Assembly: GCA_030141605.1 (NCBI GenBank)
Contig: JAQGDQ010000005.1
Location: 1,488,180 to 1,552,179, forward strand
Source of the DNA: Tubiluchus corallicola
Taxonomy: Eukaryota > Animalia > Priapulida
Reading direction: 5' to 3'
Length of the DNA: 64,000 nt
Notes under the pieces: generated by a model
The model's database searches: none
Told to the model about the DNA's origin: nothing
What the model saw: the letters and a program-made list of their open reading frames with translations, nothing else
Part shown: positions 25,701 through 40,582 of the stretch, piece after piece
Layout: every line of letters begins with the position of its first letter
Numbering within the stretch: the stretch's first letter is position 1
Program-made: the position numbers and the translations under genes

Positions 25701-28700
25701 TGTATCTATCTCTGTGTTTGGGTTGGCTCCCATTGGCTATGGTCAAACTGAAAAAGAAAGCTTGGTAAGTGCTTATTGATATTAAAGGTAGTTATTTGTG
25801 TATTTCAGAGAAAAAAGTGAAATTATGTACGTTTGTTCATGGATTGCTCTATCGCTTATCTACAGTCAGAATATTTGGATTACCTATAATACCACAAAAT
25901 GACCAACTATTACAATATTTGACACCATTTCTCTGCACAATTTGTTTTACTGGGATCATTTTTCTAATTTTACTAGAAAGGCCTAACATTCCATCATTTT
26001 TTGTTCCTGTCACTTATCAAATGAGCATTTGAGGGTGCATCTGTAACCTTCATTAACAGAGGACCTTTCTGCTAATTTGAATTTAGTCTAGCTGTGATCT
26101 TTTTTTACCATGTTGTACAGACATAGACTGTTAAATACGTGTACTAATTACCTTTGTAAACATTAGTATCATTTTCTTTTCTATGAAACATCACCCATCC
26201 AATTAGCTTTTGAGGCGAAAAGAACTAAACTAATAGGATCAAATGAATGTTATAATGTTGCTCAAGTGTGAGTCTAACATCAGTACACACGTAGATTCGT
26301 GGTTGTCTAGTAGTCATTCTAAAGTCAGAAAAATAGACGGGAAAGTTTTGCATGAGCACTACTAGTCCATTTCCTAGTCAGATTACCTGTCTTTGTCTCT
26401 TTTACTATCCACAGTCATTTTTTTGTGTTTAATTGCTTAGGTACTAAAACCTTCTCTTGCTATGGAACCTGTAGGCTATTTGGAACCTGATAATCTTTGG
26501 ATTGGACCGACTTCTGTAAGTACCTTTAACTTGAAGTATAACATGCTTAAAGATTTTGTTGATTCTTTTGTTTGTCTTTTCTAAAAAAGTTGTTATGGTG
26601 ATTTTCCTCCTTATGTGCCGGACCTTCATTTTGCTCGAATATACTAATAAATGTTGTGATTTGTAAATTAACTTTACACTAATTTTGGCAAGCACTCAAT
26701 TTTCCTGTGTGCACAACAAAATTTGAAATTTGAAACACATTAATGTCGACAGCTGTAGCTGTTGTTGCTGCAAATAATATATAGATTTTACACAATAGTT
26801 TCCATGGCTTGCCAATTAATTTTTTTAATAAATAGATTCTATTATTTAATGAGAACAGGTGACACCTGATATGTTTACAGCCAAGTTTACCTGAGTTCTT
26901 TCAATGAGATTGTGTACCAATAAAAATTGCTTGAAAATTTGAATAATAATCGAAAACCTGAATGAAAATTCCTTGCAAATGTTAAAAAGGTTTCTATATT
27001 ATTTAAATTTTTAAGGCTTTTCCTTGAAAAGTTATACTGTGTATAATTGCATGAACCAGGCTTTGTAAAACCATTGGTTGTTTTTAATTTTTCTGAGCTT
27101 TTTAAATATTAGTATTTTTTATAATATAAACTGCAACTGAGTATGTATGTATATTTAGTGCACTATATAAATTTTAAGTATAATAGTGATAATAATAATA
27201 ATAATAATTTTACTTTTTGTAACAAATTTTTCTACAGGCTTCATTGATACATCTGGGTGCGAAGTATTCTCCTTGCATGCGAAAAGACAAACCAACATGG
27301 GATGTCATCTATGCTGAAAGAAGGGCAGAAAACAGTTCTGCATGTTGCATTCGAAATGATGGGGGTGGTTGCATACAAACTATTAAGGATAACTGTAATG
27401 TAAGTTGTGTAACCTAATGTGTGCTTACTCTGTTAGTACTCTATACTTCAAGAGACAATTTAGCAAAACAAGAACTGCATGTAGTCTTGGGTTACCTGAC
27501 TTGTGGTAAGCTGTTTAAGGCTTTTAGAGACTTTTTAATGTTAACTTATCAAGCAAAGTGCATCAGAATCTTTGCTTGTTAATACTTTCTTAATCCATAT
27601 TTATAAAGTCATTTTCTAAGTCAACAAATAACATAGAAACACAAAAATTAGTCATGATATCTTTAATGACAGTAAAGTTAAAATTGATCTGAAACAGCAT
27701 GCTAACATTGAAGAAAGTGGTATCACACATTACTTAGCTGATTCCTTAATTCATTTCTTCAGTGGTAAAGTTTGGGTAGCTTCTATTGTTTTAGTTATTT
27801 ATTCTAAAGCTTCTGATGCAAAAATGCTTACAGATTGGAGTTAGGCCTGCATTGTGCCATTGATCTTTTCTTAAATATCACCTCCTGAGTTAGAATTGAT
27901 GTTGCTCTATCACTTCTTATAAATCTGCATGATGGAGCCTGCAGGACACTTACTTGGGACCAGTAACTTTCTTAATTTTAGTTAATGAGATTTGCATTCA
28001 GTATGGAAAGAATTTTTGATGATCTAATTTGTTGTTTTAGAAGGTAAAAACATGCAAATGACAAATATCGATGATAGTCTTGCCAATACTGAGGCACCAC
28101 TGCTTTTAGAAATCCTCATTTACAGGACTTGAATTCTGCAGCAAAAAGAGATTGCATGAAGCTTAACCCCAAAGCTGTAAAATTCTGCAGTTTGATGGTT
28201 GATCTATCTCTATGACTGTCTCTACCCTGCCTGAAATTAAATTAGTGAATATATCATTACCAGTAGTTCATAGTGAAAAAGCTTTGGGTCCAAATTTACA
28301 GATTAACTTATTCCTTTATTAACCTAAACCAAAATGGCAACCATATGATTACAACATGCTCTTTCTGCTCAGCTCTTTAAAACATTGTGATGCAAATTAC
28401 ATTGGTGGTGTTAAAATATTTATGCCAGACTTGTCTGTACTTTTTTGGCCTTCTACAATCGATAAACAGCAATTGCTAGATATTTTGAAAAATATACAAT
28501 ATAGAACCTGTAAATTAATTTTAGGAACCAATTTTCAAATTGTGAAAATACATTGAAGACTTTAACTCTCGCTTTTTTATCAGTATTCCTCACAAAGCTA
28601 GTGTTAAACTTTACAACATAAACACAAAATTTTATTAAACATAAACACATGTTGTAACTTACGACCGAATCACTAATGAAGACTCATAAACCTGGCAGAG

Positions 28701-31700
28701 CATTTAATTCAGCAGTTCCATATATAAAATGTTTTATTAACCGCATGGACTTAACAATAGCTAATTGACAGATGTTTGATAAAATCGATCTTTTTGTTGT
28801 TGTTTTCTTTAATCTCAAATTTTGGTTTTCTGTTTACTTATTACTTATTATACTTATTATTAGTATGCACTGCTCTTAATTGTAATTTTAGATTGACTTG
28901 CAATTTTATTTATTTCTTACTTCTTGTACAAAGCATTTTATTCACTTGTAGTCTGCTTTTTGCTTTTCTTTGATAAACCTATCTATAATAAACCTATTTA
29001 TATATTAAACATTTGTTATGACAAAAAAGAGTAATTGATCCCGGAGACTTTTAATATGATGAACGAACATGCTATTACTGGGTACACAAAAGTACCACAG
29101 CTCTTTGTTATACACACTCTAAACTAATGATAGTTGCTTTGTTCAAAATTTTTACCACAACTTTGATAATTTACAGTAATTGATTTTTTTCAGGAATTTT
29201 TCTCAAAGTGGCACAAGTGGGGCGGCACTAATTCTCCTGAATTGAGAACACGAGGTTCTGTTTGTGGACAAGATCCACGGGAGTGTGGCAGTCCTGCATC
29301 GACTGGCGCGTCTGTGTGGCCTGACGATCTCACAAAATGGCCGGTATGCATAAGCTTGGTTCTTGAAAGCTTTTCATAAAATCTTGCTAAGAAGCACTTA
29401 TTTGAGGATTAAGCTTGTAGCAGTAAAAATTAAAATGCACTACAATTACTGTGTTTACAAATTTCTTGTCAAGAACTTCTAAAGAATTATTATTTAGACA
29501 TAGGAATTATGTTCATTAGGCAATTTATATAATATTATAAACCGTGAGACCTGTCTGATGCTTCATGAAACAATTTTAGTGTTACTGTCTCATAAAATGT
29601 TTCAACAAGTGGAAAAATATTCCAGCAGTAGCTTTGCAAAGGATGCAGTCAAGCACATTTTACTTGAACATGCATACATCCAATTTACACGTGGTTTGAA
29701 CAAGGAAAAAGTCCCATTTTTTACTCCCATATAGCCCTGTGAAATTGTTACACGCATAAGTCGATTGTATACCTGAGCAAAATCGCCAATTCAGGCCTTA
29801 AAACTAAAGCACAACAGTTTTTGTTTAACATGTATAACCAGCAATGTGAGCAGATTTGAAATACCCATTACAGGTTACATAGGTTCTCCAGAACTTGATA
29901 ATAGATGTAACCATCGAGTCACAATGTTTCTTATTCTTGGCCATCTGGAATAAAAGTTTGAATTCTTACTTTCAAACAGCTTGTGATTTTGTTTATGTAT
30001 AATAGTACAAAGTACAAAGTGATGCCACTGTACTTAATTTTGAAACAAAATGTAAGATACTGATAGAAGTTAACAGAAAGAAAGATCTGGCCACGTGAAG
30101 GTGTAGGGCTTAGTTGTTTCTTGATAAACTAGGTGCAGTGTTTAGTAATCTTACAGAAAAAACAAACATGCATGTGTTTACTGACTTAAATGTTCCAAAG
30201 TAATTTTTTAGCAGTACTTTATTAATTGTAAAGTTTATTAGTCTACGGCTTTTGTATAGTAATACTAGTTTTGCTAATTTAGCACTTTAACACAGCATTT
30301 CTAATTACTGCTAAAAATTATTAATTTATAACTTTGTAAAGTAAACATGCATATAATGACAATGGCAATTGTATTGGGCCATATCATTTTATTTAGACTA
30401 GGTGCATTGCAACACATTTTGTTTTTTAAATTTGGGATAATTCAAAATGAAATTTGAGTTTTAAGGAGTTTGAGTTAAGCATGCATGACTTTGTGTCGTA
30501 TATTTGACAATAATGATACTATTTTCTTCTATGTGAGATAATAATTCAGCAAAACTATAATATGTATTGTAATGCCGGGTTTCTTGGGGAAAATAAACTG
30601 TTGTAAGGCTTTGGGTCACTTTTAATACTGACATCAAAACATTTCCATCGGTAATATCAAAACATTCATCGGTATATTTCCATGTTAACGAGAAAAATGA
30701 CACAGCGGTACTATAATGTTAATGCACTTAAACTGAACTTCCACTGTTGTAGATTTGTAAAGATCTAGTTACTCATCCTGAACAGACCGGTTACAAGTCA
30801 GGTTTAGAACACATGACCTGTGATCTGATTGGACGACCTTGTTGCATCGGAATACGTGGAGAATGTATTTTTACCACCAGAGAATATTGTGATTTTGTTA
30901 ATGGATATTTTCATGAAGAAGCTAATCTCTGTTCGCAGGTCAGCTTAGTTTTTATAATAATAGTTTTAGTTGGTAAATCTCTGAATCTTTCATTACTATT
31001 TAATTTTGGACCAACCCCTATTGAAAATTTAGCATCTGGCAAGTTACTATACTCATGCTTTTGCAGTAAATCGACTGTTAAATGTTAACTGTGATAAACT
31101 GGTTTTAATATAAATTTGACAGTTAATATATAAATTTTACATAAATTACATTAACACAAAGTTTTATATGTAAACTCTTATAACAAAATTGTAATGAAAT
31201 ATGCCACTACAGAAAAATTAGCATCTTTTTCTCTCTGATGCTATGTCATTATCATACGTGAGTTTAACTTTTTTCGGAAATTTCTGTGTAAACTGACAAG
31301 GTAAGATTATTCTACTTCACAAGGTATTATACAGTCAAACTTATTAATTAGCTTGATGTGGATAGAATATTCAGCCTTTATAGGAGAAAGCTATTCAGCA
31401 TTGAGGCAGCAAAGGAACAAGGTAACAAGTAGCTAGATATGGCCATAATTCATGGCTGCGATAACTCGTCATCTCGACTTCAGGATCTTTTTTGTTTGTT
31501 CCTAGTATCCTTTGTAAGATGCATTTTTACTGCTGCTTCTCGTACCATTACATTATAAATACGTGTAATATAGACCTGTATTCAGTACAACCCCTTCTCA
31601 ATCTCTCGGGGTCTTTTATCTTTGTGAAATGGAATTCTTACTGGAAAAAATGTTTCTTTGATAGTAGTAACAATGATGCAGACTACACTTAAATGCAACT

Positions 31701-33729
31701 GGAATAATTTTAAAACTGTCTCCCAGTTTACCTGACTTCCTTGACTAAAATGTTTAATTATTCACAAAATAAAAGTGTTGAATTTAATTTTTTTTCTTAG
31801 GTCTCATGTATGGATGAAGTGTGTGGAATGATCTCATTTTACAACCCACATACACCAGACCAATTTTACCGTCTGTTCACATCCCTATTTTTACATGCAG
31901 GGTAATTTATGACATATTATTTTCACTAATAATTGTTACGTCTGTTTGTATTTCAGCTTTTTATTATTTTCTTGGCAAAAGAAATATCTAAGTGGCCTCA
32001 TTGTGTGCTTGTCTATGAAACTCAGTAGTACCATCCATACCTAGGTGGCCACTGGAACAACTGCTTCTGCTTTTGGTTATTTGTGTCGTTAAATGAAGAT
32101 GTATAAGTGTCCAAATAAGAATAAGCCCTTTTTCTTTGCAATATTTGCAAACATTCCAGCACATATCAGTTTGAAGGTTTATAGTAGTATGTTATCAACA
32201 AAAAATTTGCAGTGATAACGTATTTCTTTTCCATACTGATTCGTTGTAACTGTTGGTCTAGCTTGCAATTTCTCTTGGCTTTGAATTACAAATTATAGGC
32301 AGTTTAACTATTATTGCAGAATTGTGCACTGTTTGCTCACTGTGATCCTGCAGATGTTTTTGATGCGTGATCTTGAAAAATTGGCTGGTCCAATACGGAT
32401 TGCCGCCATTTATTTGCTAAGTGGAATTGCTGGAAATCTCGCTAGTGCAATTTTTTTACCTAAACGAGCAGAGGTAAAGTATTTATAATTGTGTTATTCA
32501 ATAAAAGCAAACCCAGTACTTTTAAAGCCATACATTTCACTTCTTCTGTAAGTAAAATTACATTTACTCGTGTTTACGAGATTATTATTAATTATGGAAT
32601 GAACAAACAGTCCTTAAATTTGTGAAAACAGGTTGAGTGTCATAACTACACAGCTCTGTGATTAATTAATTACATTAATTTTTTAATATTAATTTTAAGA
32701 TCTGAGCTCTAGCTTTGATGTCAAAAAAGTAAGTTAATTAAGTGGGTATTATTCAAGCATGAGTAAACTAACACTTGATGACATTGGATAGGTTTGTGAA
32801 TAGCTTCTAGGATTGAATTAGGGCCTGCTTTGATCAAAGAGGCTGTGTGGTCTACAACTTGTGACATTTAGATTTCCTTTCTTTCGGCAGTGTTTGTTTT
32901 TCAAATTGTGAGTTCATTCATCAGTAACTTTGATCTGTTTTACATTCAGTGGTGCCTGGTTCTTTGTTTATATTTAAACACTCTCATTTGTTATTTGGTG
33001 TTCATTTCTGAATTTTGTGTACTTTTTTAAATATCTGATAATGCATTTCAGTTCTGTGTGGAGATGTAATAAACCTGCCACTCAAAAAATAAAGAATAAT
33101 GTTTAATATTGAACAATATCTTAAAGCAATGGAAATACAATTAAAGGCATTGCCACCTTTAATGTATTTCCATTGCTTTAAGGTATTGTTCAGTATTAAA
33201 TATTATTCTTTATTTTTTGAGTGGCAGGTTTATTACATCTCCACATATGTATATTTCAATTTTTTAGCACATGAACAGTATCACAAGCTTTCTTTTTTGT
33301 AACTAGGTTGGTCCTGCAGGGTCTCAACTCGGTCTCTTGGGGATGTTGTTTGTAGAAGTGTTCCAGAGTTGGCAGCTGCTTGCAAAACCTTGGATAGCCA
33401 TTTTGAAACTTACTGGCATTCTGGTTTTTCTCTTTATTCTTGGATTGTTTCCATGGGTTGATAATTATGCACATGTGTTTGGATTCATCTTTGGGTTATT
33501 CCTCTCGTTTGGTCTTCTGCCATATGTAACATTTGGAGAATTTGATCAAAAGCGAAAACTTGTTACAGTAGTTACATCTCTTCTCTTAGCTTTTGGATTG
33601 TTTGTTACTTTAATTATTCTTTTTTATGTTACACCAATATACGATTGTTCCTGGTGTACGTATTTTAATTGTATACCATGGTCAAGTTCATTTTGTAATA
33701 ACTATGAAATCAAAATATTTAAAGATTAA
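19745..33729 (+). CDS. RHBDF1: Inactive rhomboid protein iRhom (RHBDF1/2 ortholog), 15 coding exons, 820 aa
   Basis: Exons 19745-19860, 20429-20568, 22891-23087, 23572-23700, 24005-24288, 24741-24846, 24966-25093, 25653-25764, 26441-26515, 27238-27399, 29194-29343, 30753-30938, 31801-31901, 32320-32473 and 33307-33729 total 2463 nt in one frame. Motifs: [11 protein letters not shown]1 [21 protein letters not shown], the Cys-rich iRhom homology domain (VCGQDPR, GRPCCIG), [16 protein letters not shown], and pseudoprotease EVGPAGSQ (GPx in place of GxS). Confidence 0.95.
21762..22436. mobile_element. Tigger/pogo-like MITE
   Basis: Imperfect terminal inverted repeats tagtaaatcctcgttataa ... ttataaagagggtttattg. 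A related terminus, cagtcaaacctcgttatatc, lies at about 54034. Confidence 0.55.
33055..33247. repeat. Near-perfect long inverted repeat (93/92-nt arms, 8-nt loop), possibly a palindromic MITE
   Basis: 33055-33147 is the reverse complement of 33156-33247, apart from 4 substitutions and a 1-nt bulge. Confidence 0.95.
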
Positions 33730-36410
33730 TTTTTATTAATATTTTGTTTATATATGAAACCAATGCTCATTTAAAAGTATGTTACTAGATCTATTTTGTT
33801 ATTAAGGCTTCTAAACCAGTCTTTCTAAACTGTTTTACTTGATAGTGCATACTGTACAAAATTTTGCCAGGCACTCTTTATCCACATGGTCTCTTGTGGA
33901 TAACTAGATACTTATCTTAAATACGTGATATTTTTTCAAATAACAGATTGGTATAGTGAATTGAGATTGGAAAGCTGCCTTTATAAATTTATTCTGTTAT
34001 TCTTGTTTCTTGGTAATTTGTTGTATTATCACTAGATTCAGGTTGTTTATTCAGGGTTTGTTGTTAACAAAATTATATCATCTTGTCTATACGAACTTGT
34101 ATATTTTAACAGTAGTGCATATTTATTTAACACAAAAGACATGCACAGCATGTACAAATACTTGGTACAGTAATGTAAGATAATGTACAACTAATTGTAG
34201 TCAAGTATAATAGTTTAAAGTAGTGCCACTTACATTGCATTTTATTCATATAATGCATAGAAGAGTAGTTAGTTTTAGTTGTCTATTGCAACTGGTGTGC
34301 TGTGTAGGTATACTTCACTGTAAGACTGCATATAAATGCATAATATAACAGCTTGAATTGTTTACAACTAAGCTTTTTTCAGACAGCTTAGTCATAGCAT
34401 CTTGCAGGTGGTTATCATATTACTATTTTGTCAGCTGCTAGATGTTTGTATTTGTACATCTGTGTGTATTAACTGAATGTGTGATAACATGCAAGGGTGT
34501 TGTTAAATATGTTGTATAATGTGCTGCTTCATCTCCTGCCATAACTTGGTGCTGTGCTTAAATGCAGCTTTTATATATTATTAATGCATTGTAAATTGGT
34601 TAAAATAGAATTTGTATTGTGGATTGTGTAACATTTTGTTTGTAACTATATTATATTACTAAGGAGCAAATTGAAGAATTTTTGTCTCTCCTGTGCATTT
34701 TTGGACAGAATGTTCCACTTCTAAACTTTCAGTAGCCATTTCAGTAAAAATAATACTGTGTATTTTAATAATTACAGCACAAGTCAGCGTTTTAGTCAGT
34801 TTTTGTAATTGCAAACATGTTTCCCCTGTCGCAAAATTAACTTGCATTTATTGTTTAAAAATAGTGTTTGATTATTTTTATTCTCTTCATTAAACTGCTT
34901 TTCTTTAAAGAGGGTACTTTTTTATGCAAATTTGTACTTATTGTATCACCAGACGATTGAGCAATATTTTTCGTGCTCTACTTGGCTACATAGACATAGA
35001 CAGCAGTAAACAGTTCATTTATAATTGGAATTATCGGGACAGGCATTTTACCATATGATGAAAATGTGTCATCTGCCATGAATACTAATTGTTCTGGTGA
35101 TTACCCTCAGGCTAAGTCAGAATTATACCAATAATCAACATTACATGTATATTTTGGGTTATTGCTATAGGTTATAATTTCCTTCACTTTGTTACAACTA
35201 AAAAGAAATTCAGTAGAGTTTGAGGCTTAACATACGGAAGACCTTGCATGCTGTTGAGGCTTACATTAGGTATCTGGTTTATACTTTCTTGCAAAAGTCA
35301 GAACATTTGTTACTATTACAATAAAAATGTTGTCGTTAATTTCAAGCTTTCAACAACTGTTGCAATGCAATCTGTCAATTATGTGAACCTCATGTGCAGT
35401 TTGTTTTCGGTCAAAGTGAAGATGGTACCCACATATCTGTTACCTGGGTCAAGCTACAACTTGGTTTTCAGTAGGCCACATAATTACAACATACCCTATT
35501 TTATGACACACACATGGCAACAGTACCTGGGTTACAAGAAAGGTTTATAATGTCCTGTAGTCAGTTCTTTCTATGAAGTAGTACGTGTACTGCGAAATTC
35601 TGTTAATGGAATATTTTTGACTTTCTTTTACGAATACATGGTATGACCTTGCTACCAGGTGTTACAGTGTAATTTTTAACATTTCTTATAAATCACATAT
35701 ATGTCATAGAAGCAATATTCTGTTTTTAGTTGCCGATTGCAGAATAATTGTGTTCACTGTTCACAAGATTGAGAATCTTGCAAGTTTCTTTTTTATGTTC
35801 CATTACAAATGAGTGCCTCGCACAACAGCAAGAACACTGATGCTTCAAGAGAAACAGAAGTCATCTTGAAATGCACATCGTACACCTGATCATCATCATC
35901 ATTCACACACTGTAGACTATCTCTTCTATCCAATAATGACAACATACTTGTCAGCATTACTTCAGGCATCAAAATGATAAGTGCCATCACCGTACCGTAT
36001 GCCCATATTATAACAGCAACAATCTTATTATTTAAATTTTAACATTGAAGTGTTATTCATAGAATGAAATTGTAGCCAGTCAAGGACAATACTCAAAAAA
36101 TATGATAATGTAGTATCATAGTTTTATAATAAATTTAACTGACAGTATAGCATTAAAGCTATAAATGGTGCAGTAGTATATTATGCACAGCGAATGGCAG
36201 CCGCTGATAACAAAAAAGAAATTTCACATTTCTATTAAAACTGGCCACATGCTCCATAGTTTCCTGTAGACCCAGATCTTACTTTAAATAATTAACGTAA
36301 AAAGGTCAGTAACGTTGTGTTGCTTCTAAGTTACGAAAAGGCCAACTCTTATAAAACTGGTAACTAATAGATCTACGAATTATATACACTACACAGTAAA
36401 CTAAGCATAA

Positions 36411-39219
36411 TTAATAATCCTCTTCCTCTTCTGGTGGATGCCGCCTTTCCCATATTAATCTGTGCTTTTGTTTCATATATGCATCTCTTACAGTTCCATT
36501 CATACCTAGATCACCATCTGAAACCACAGAAAAGCAGATTGATTAGCAAATGCTAAACAAAGCAAAATTTTACAATGTTGCGAAATTTTTTAGCAGATTA
36601 AAATAAAACTGTACACGGCTGTGTAAAAGAAAATTGTACAAGGCAAAAGAAAATGTGCAGGGCTAAATAAAAGGAAGCCGTACAGAGCCGCATTATACTA
36701 ATGTGCAAACTAGATTGGTTTTTTTAAAGCTATTTGCAAGGTTGCTCTACTGTATGCGTTAATTTATCCTGAAATAAATCTATTCCACAAAAAATACAAT
36801 CATATAACATTACCAATAATCATACACCTTTCAAAAATGAATTTTTAATCAATTATTAAAACCCCATGAATATGCAGTCTTAATATAATTTTCTATTTTA
36901 TTCTAAGTTTGTTTACTGAGGTAACATAACCATCAGAGATAAAGCATAAAAAAATTAAAGGACAGTAAAATAAAAAAAAAGATGCTTCAGTCTTGTCACT
37001 GACTCACAAATGTAGTTTGGTATTAAATACTGCTACAGTACAGTAGCCAACGACATGGCCTACTTAACATAAACAGTGATGGCAAAACAACAATCTAGCT
37101 TATTGTCAATATTGGACAGTTTTCTAAGCAGTCAAGCTGAAAGGTCAGAAGGACCATATAAAATCACCCTGAAACAGTTTTGCCCATCATCAGTCATCAT
37201 TTCATTTACTGACCAGGCCTGGTTGCTACGCATTCAGTATGAGTACTCAATATTCCTCACAACAAAAATACTTCAATATATTATGCAGGCTCACATTTAA
37301 TAAACCAATTTGTTTCAGCAGTCATATAATCTTCGATCGTTTTTTGACATTTGTGCTTCCAATCAGCTCCTTCAAAAGCCATGCACTTTTCTCTCCTATG
37401 TCGAAGAATTGCTAATATTTCAGTATCCACCATCCTAAAAGAAATTTTCAGTGTCAGCAGCAAAAAAAATCTATTTTCTGAAAATAAATACACCTTACAT
37501 TGATTTTCACAGTAACTGCTAACTTTACTGACACATATATTGTATATAAGGACCATATTAGTCAATGCATCTAATTAAGCAAGGAGTTTTATTTGTACGT
37601 CTTTTTCTAATTCAATGTAAGATCGTTCTTTCATTTTAAGCATGGAGTGGAAGCACAGTGTGTTAGTTGTTTCTGCATGACATGAGACGTACCGCCATAC
37701 TTGAAGTGAATGATTATATCAAATGAAAATTTAACTTTAAATACACAGATCTTTCACACACACCTGACATACAATGGGTTTGGTATACAATAAAAATGTG
37801 CATTATTGCACTGCATTTCAAACACTGTGAGAAATTGTTTCTGCATGACATGAAACGTAACGCCATACTTGAAGTGAATGATTATATCAAATGAAAATTT
37901 AACATTAAATATACAGATCTTTCTTTCACACACACATGACATACAATAGGTCTGGTATACAATAAAACAAATGTTTGTACTGCATTTCAACCATTGTGCG
38001 AAATTTATTTATGTTCTACACTTTTCATTTAGTATCATATGTAAAAAAATTAGCAAATTGACGATGACTCAAGCTGTATTTAGTACCATTATGTAAAAAC
38101 ATATTTACGTATGTATAAACACGTTTCCACATGTTTCTATCAATGGATGTTAAATAAGTATCCAACTGCAAAAACATATTTCTTCAATGATGCTAGAAGT
38201 AGAAATAATGTCTTGGTCCTAATGTATTTGGATTAGTATGTGGACTAGTCTAGCAGCAATTACTATCACAAGAGAATCTAATTTGTGGTAGACACCTCGT
38301 CTCACTCCATGCAGCAACAGAAAATAATTGCTTATCAACAAAGTTTTATTAAAAACAGTTCAATTGGGCAATAAACAGCAGAATAAAAACAAAATGAAGC
38401 ATTGTGCTTACCTGTCTCTGCGAAATTGTTCATGTGCTTCCACCAAACAGGGTGTGTCACCAACTTCGCATTGATCAATAGTTGGCACTCTTTTAAACTT
38501 TCGATGATAATAATAGTAAGGGTTTTTTGCCCTCTGTGGCTCTACTATCTTTTCTGAAAACAGGAAAAATGTGTAACAATCATAAAGCTTGATCAGAGTA
38601 TAAGGATCAAGTACAAAAGTAATCTAAATGCAATACATCAGAAGCTGTTGCTAGACAATAAAAATTTGCACTTTTCAAAACAAATAACACAAACTGAAAG
38701 AAAGTGTTCCATTGAGGAGAAATTTAGTAACTCTATGGTTAGGTCTCTTAGACTTCACAAGCGAGCAATGTTTGTTTTGGACATGCAAAAAGTCAGCAGA
38801 TTTTACGGGCTTAGTGTAATTGTATTAAAAAAAATTTGTGATTTATTGGATGCTTATGAGGGTAGTTAATATTAATAAAATAGTTTGTCCCATTTAGTGA
38901 TTTACACAACAACACGTTTTAATGATGATTTTTTCACATCTTAGTGACTCACTTAATGACTAGTTTTTTGTTTTATGATGGATTTTGGCCTTCTCCAGTT
39001 CCTCTCACTTTTCCTAGAATTTTGTAGAGTACTTATAGGGATTTTACAGAATGGGTAAAACAGCTTAATCAATGCATCAAATTAAGCATTTCAATAACAT
39101 TCCCATTTTTTACCTCGGAAAAATGTGACAGGTGTGTCCAATACATAATATATCGCATTTATAAATTTCTCTAATGGTGCTAATTTCTTATGCTCAACGT
39201 TAGCTGTATCTCCAGACAT
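36411..39219 (-). CDS. NDUFB10: NADH dehydrogenase 1 beta subcomplex subunit 10 (PDSW), 4 exons, 164 aa
   Basis: Minus-strand exons 39219-39114, 38553-38412, 37434-37295 and 36517-36411 total 495 nt. They read MSGD...LDTPVTFFREKIVEPQRAKNPYYYYHRKFKRVPTIDQC...EQFRRDRMVDTEILAILRHRREKC...NWFIKYGDLG...AYMKQKHRLIWERRH. Confidence 0.95.
37667..38005. repeat. Two-copy tandem duplication of about 168 bp in NDUFB10 intron 2
   Basis: ttgtttctgcatgacatga(g/a)acgta(c/a)cgccatacttgaagtgaatgattatatcaaatgaaaatttaac starts at 37667 and 37835. Confidence 0.9.
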
Positions 39220-39539
39220 TGTGGTAATTTCAAAAGAACACAAATCACATTAAGTTCATATTACAAAATGATGCCCTTCGTCGGATTGGGATACCTCGGG
39301 GTGGATTCAGCGATAGGATTGCCGTTTTGTGCTAAGCTGGTCGTTTTGGAGGCTAAAAATTATTGTATTTTCCGCTAAATTGCCCAAAACCAAAATATAT
39401 AACTCTAGAAAGTGACATTAACAGTTATTGTAAAATTAAATTTTATGATAACATAGTAGAGTGTCGCTAATTTCTGCATGCACACAATCAAGCCTTATCA
39501 GAATCAAGCCATATCAGAATACAAATGAAATAACTTTAA

Positions 39540-40496
39540 ATATTTTTGAAAAAACAATTTCTCAATCAACTACAACTAAATTCTAGGCATGGATGTAGAC
39601 AAGAATCTTAATTGGGAAAACCAAATAAAAGCTATTATTCAAAAAATGGTCCCAGGTACTTCATTCTTGAACAAATTAAAAGACAACTCAATATAAAAAC
39701 AAAACTACTAATACATCTAATTATAAAACCATGATCTTGTCCCATTTAACAGATCGCTGACACCTTCTTTCAAATATATGTAAAACTTTTCTAAACAAGC
39801 TAGAAGAGGCCCAAACTTACGTTTTAAAACACGTCCTTAGTTTCACAACAACATCATAATATTCAGCCACAATGAACAGGGAAAAACTAAACATACCCAT
39901 TGCAGAATCCACTTTCCAATTCCATTCACTAATTTTTCTTGATAAATATTTAAACGATTTGATGCCCAAAAACAAATAAACACAAATAATATACAATTCA
40001 GTCAGCAAAACGGCAATAAATATATGGAATGTGTGCCCACTTAATGTAAAATCTGCAGTGGCTCTAAAAAAATTAAAAAATGAACCGAAAAATACTATAT
40101 TAGTCTTAAAAAATAACCAATATGAAAACATCAAACAACACCTTATGTATTATCAACGTTCACCCAGTAGTCTATAGTTAGTGGCTTATCAAAACCTGTC
40201 ATGCATTAGCATCATGTCAATAAATTAAAACCCACTATACACACAACACTCAAGTCACAAACACAAAACATCCATAAAGCACCCAATTTCAATTTGTAAA
40301 TATTGTAAAGTTTTAAAGTCTTAAATGACTCTTAAGTCTTAATGTAATTAATTACAACCTCACTTGTGTTTTTAATTGTAAGTTCATTTTTTAACACTGT
40401 TGCCCACAGTAGTGGAAACACTGGTTACAATTACACAATAAATTTTAACTGTGTAGTTCACAGTTCAACAATGTGTAATTCTAACAGCAATAAAGG

Positions 40497-40580
<84 letters not shown>
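39540..40580 (+). mobile_element. 5'-truncated, decayed non-LTR retrotransposon (LINE) with AATAAA and (ATT)n tail
   Basis: Frameshifted RT C-terminal motif KF/LGMDVDKNLNWENQIKAIIQKM at about 39578-39650. The element ends in caataaaggattt followed by about 26 ATT units (40501-40578). Confidence 0.65.

Positions 40581-40582
<2 letters not shown>

Noticed and set aside
33307-33330. Loss of the rhomboid catalytic serine as a pseudogene sign or novelty
   Set aside because: GPAGS is the normal iRhom pseudoprotease signature.
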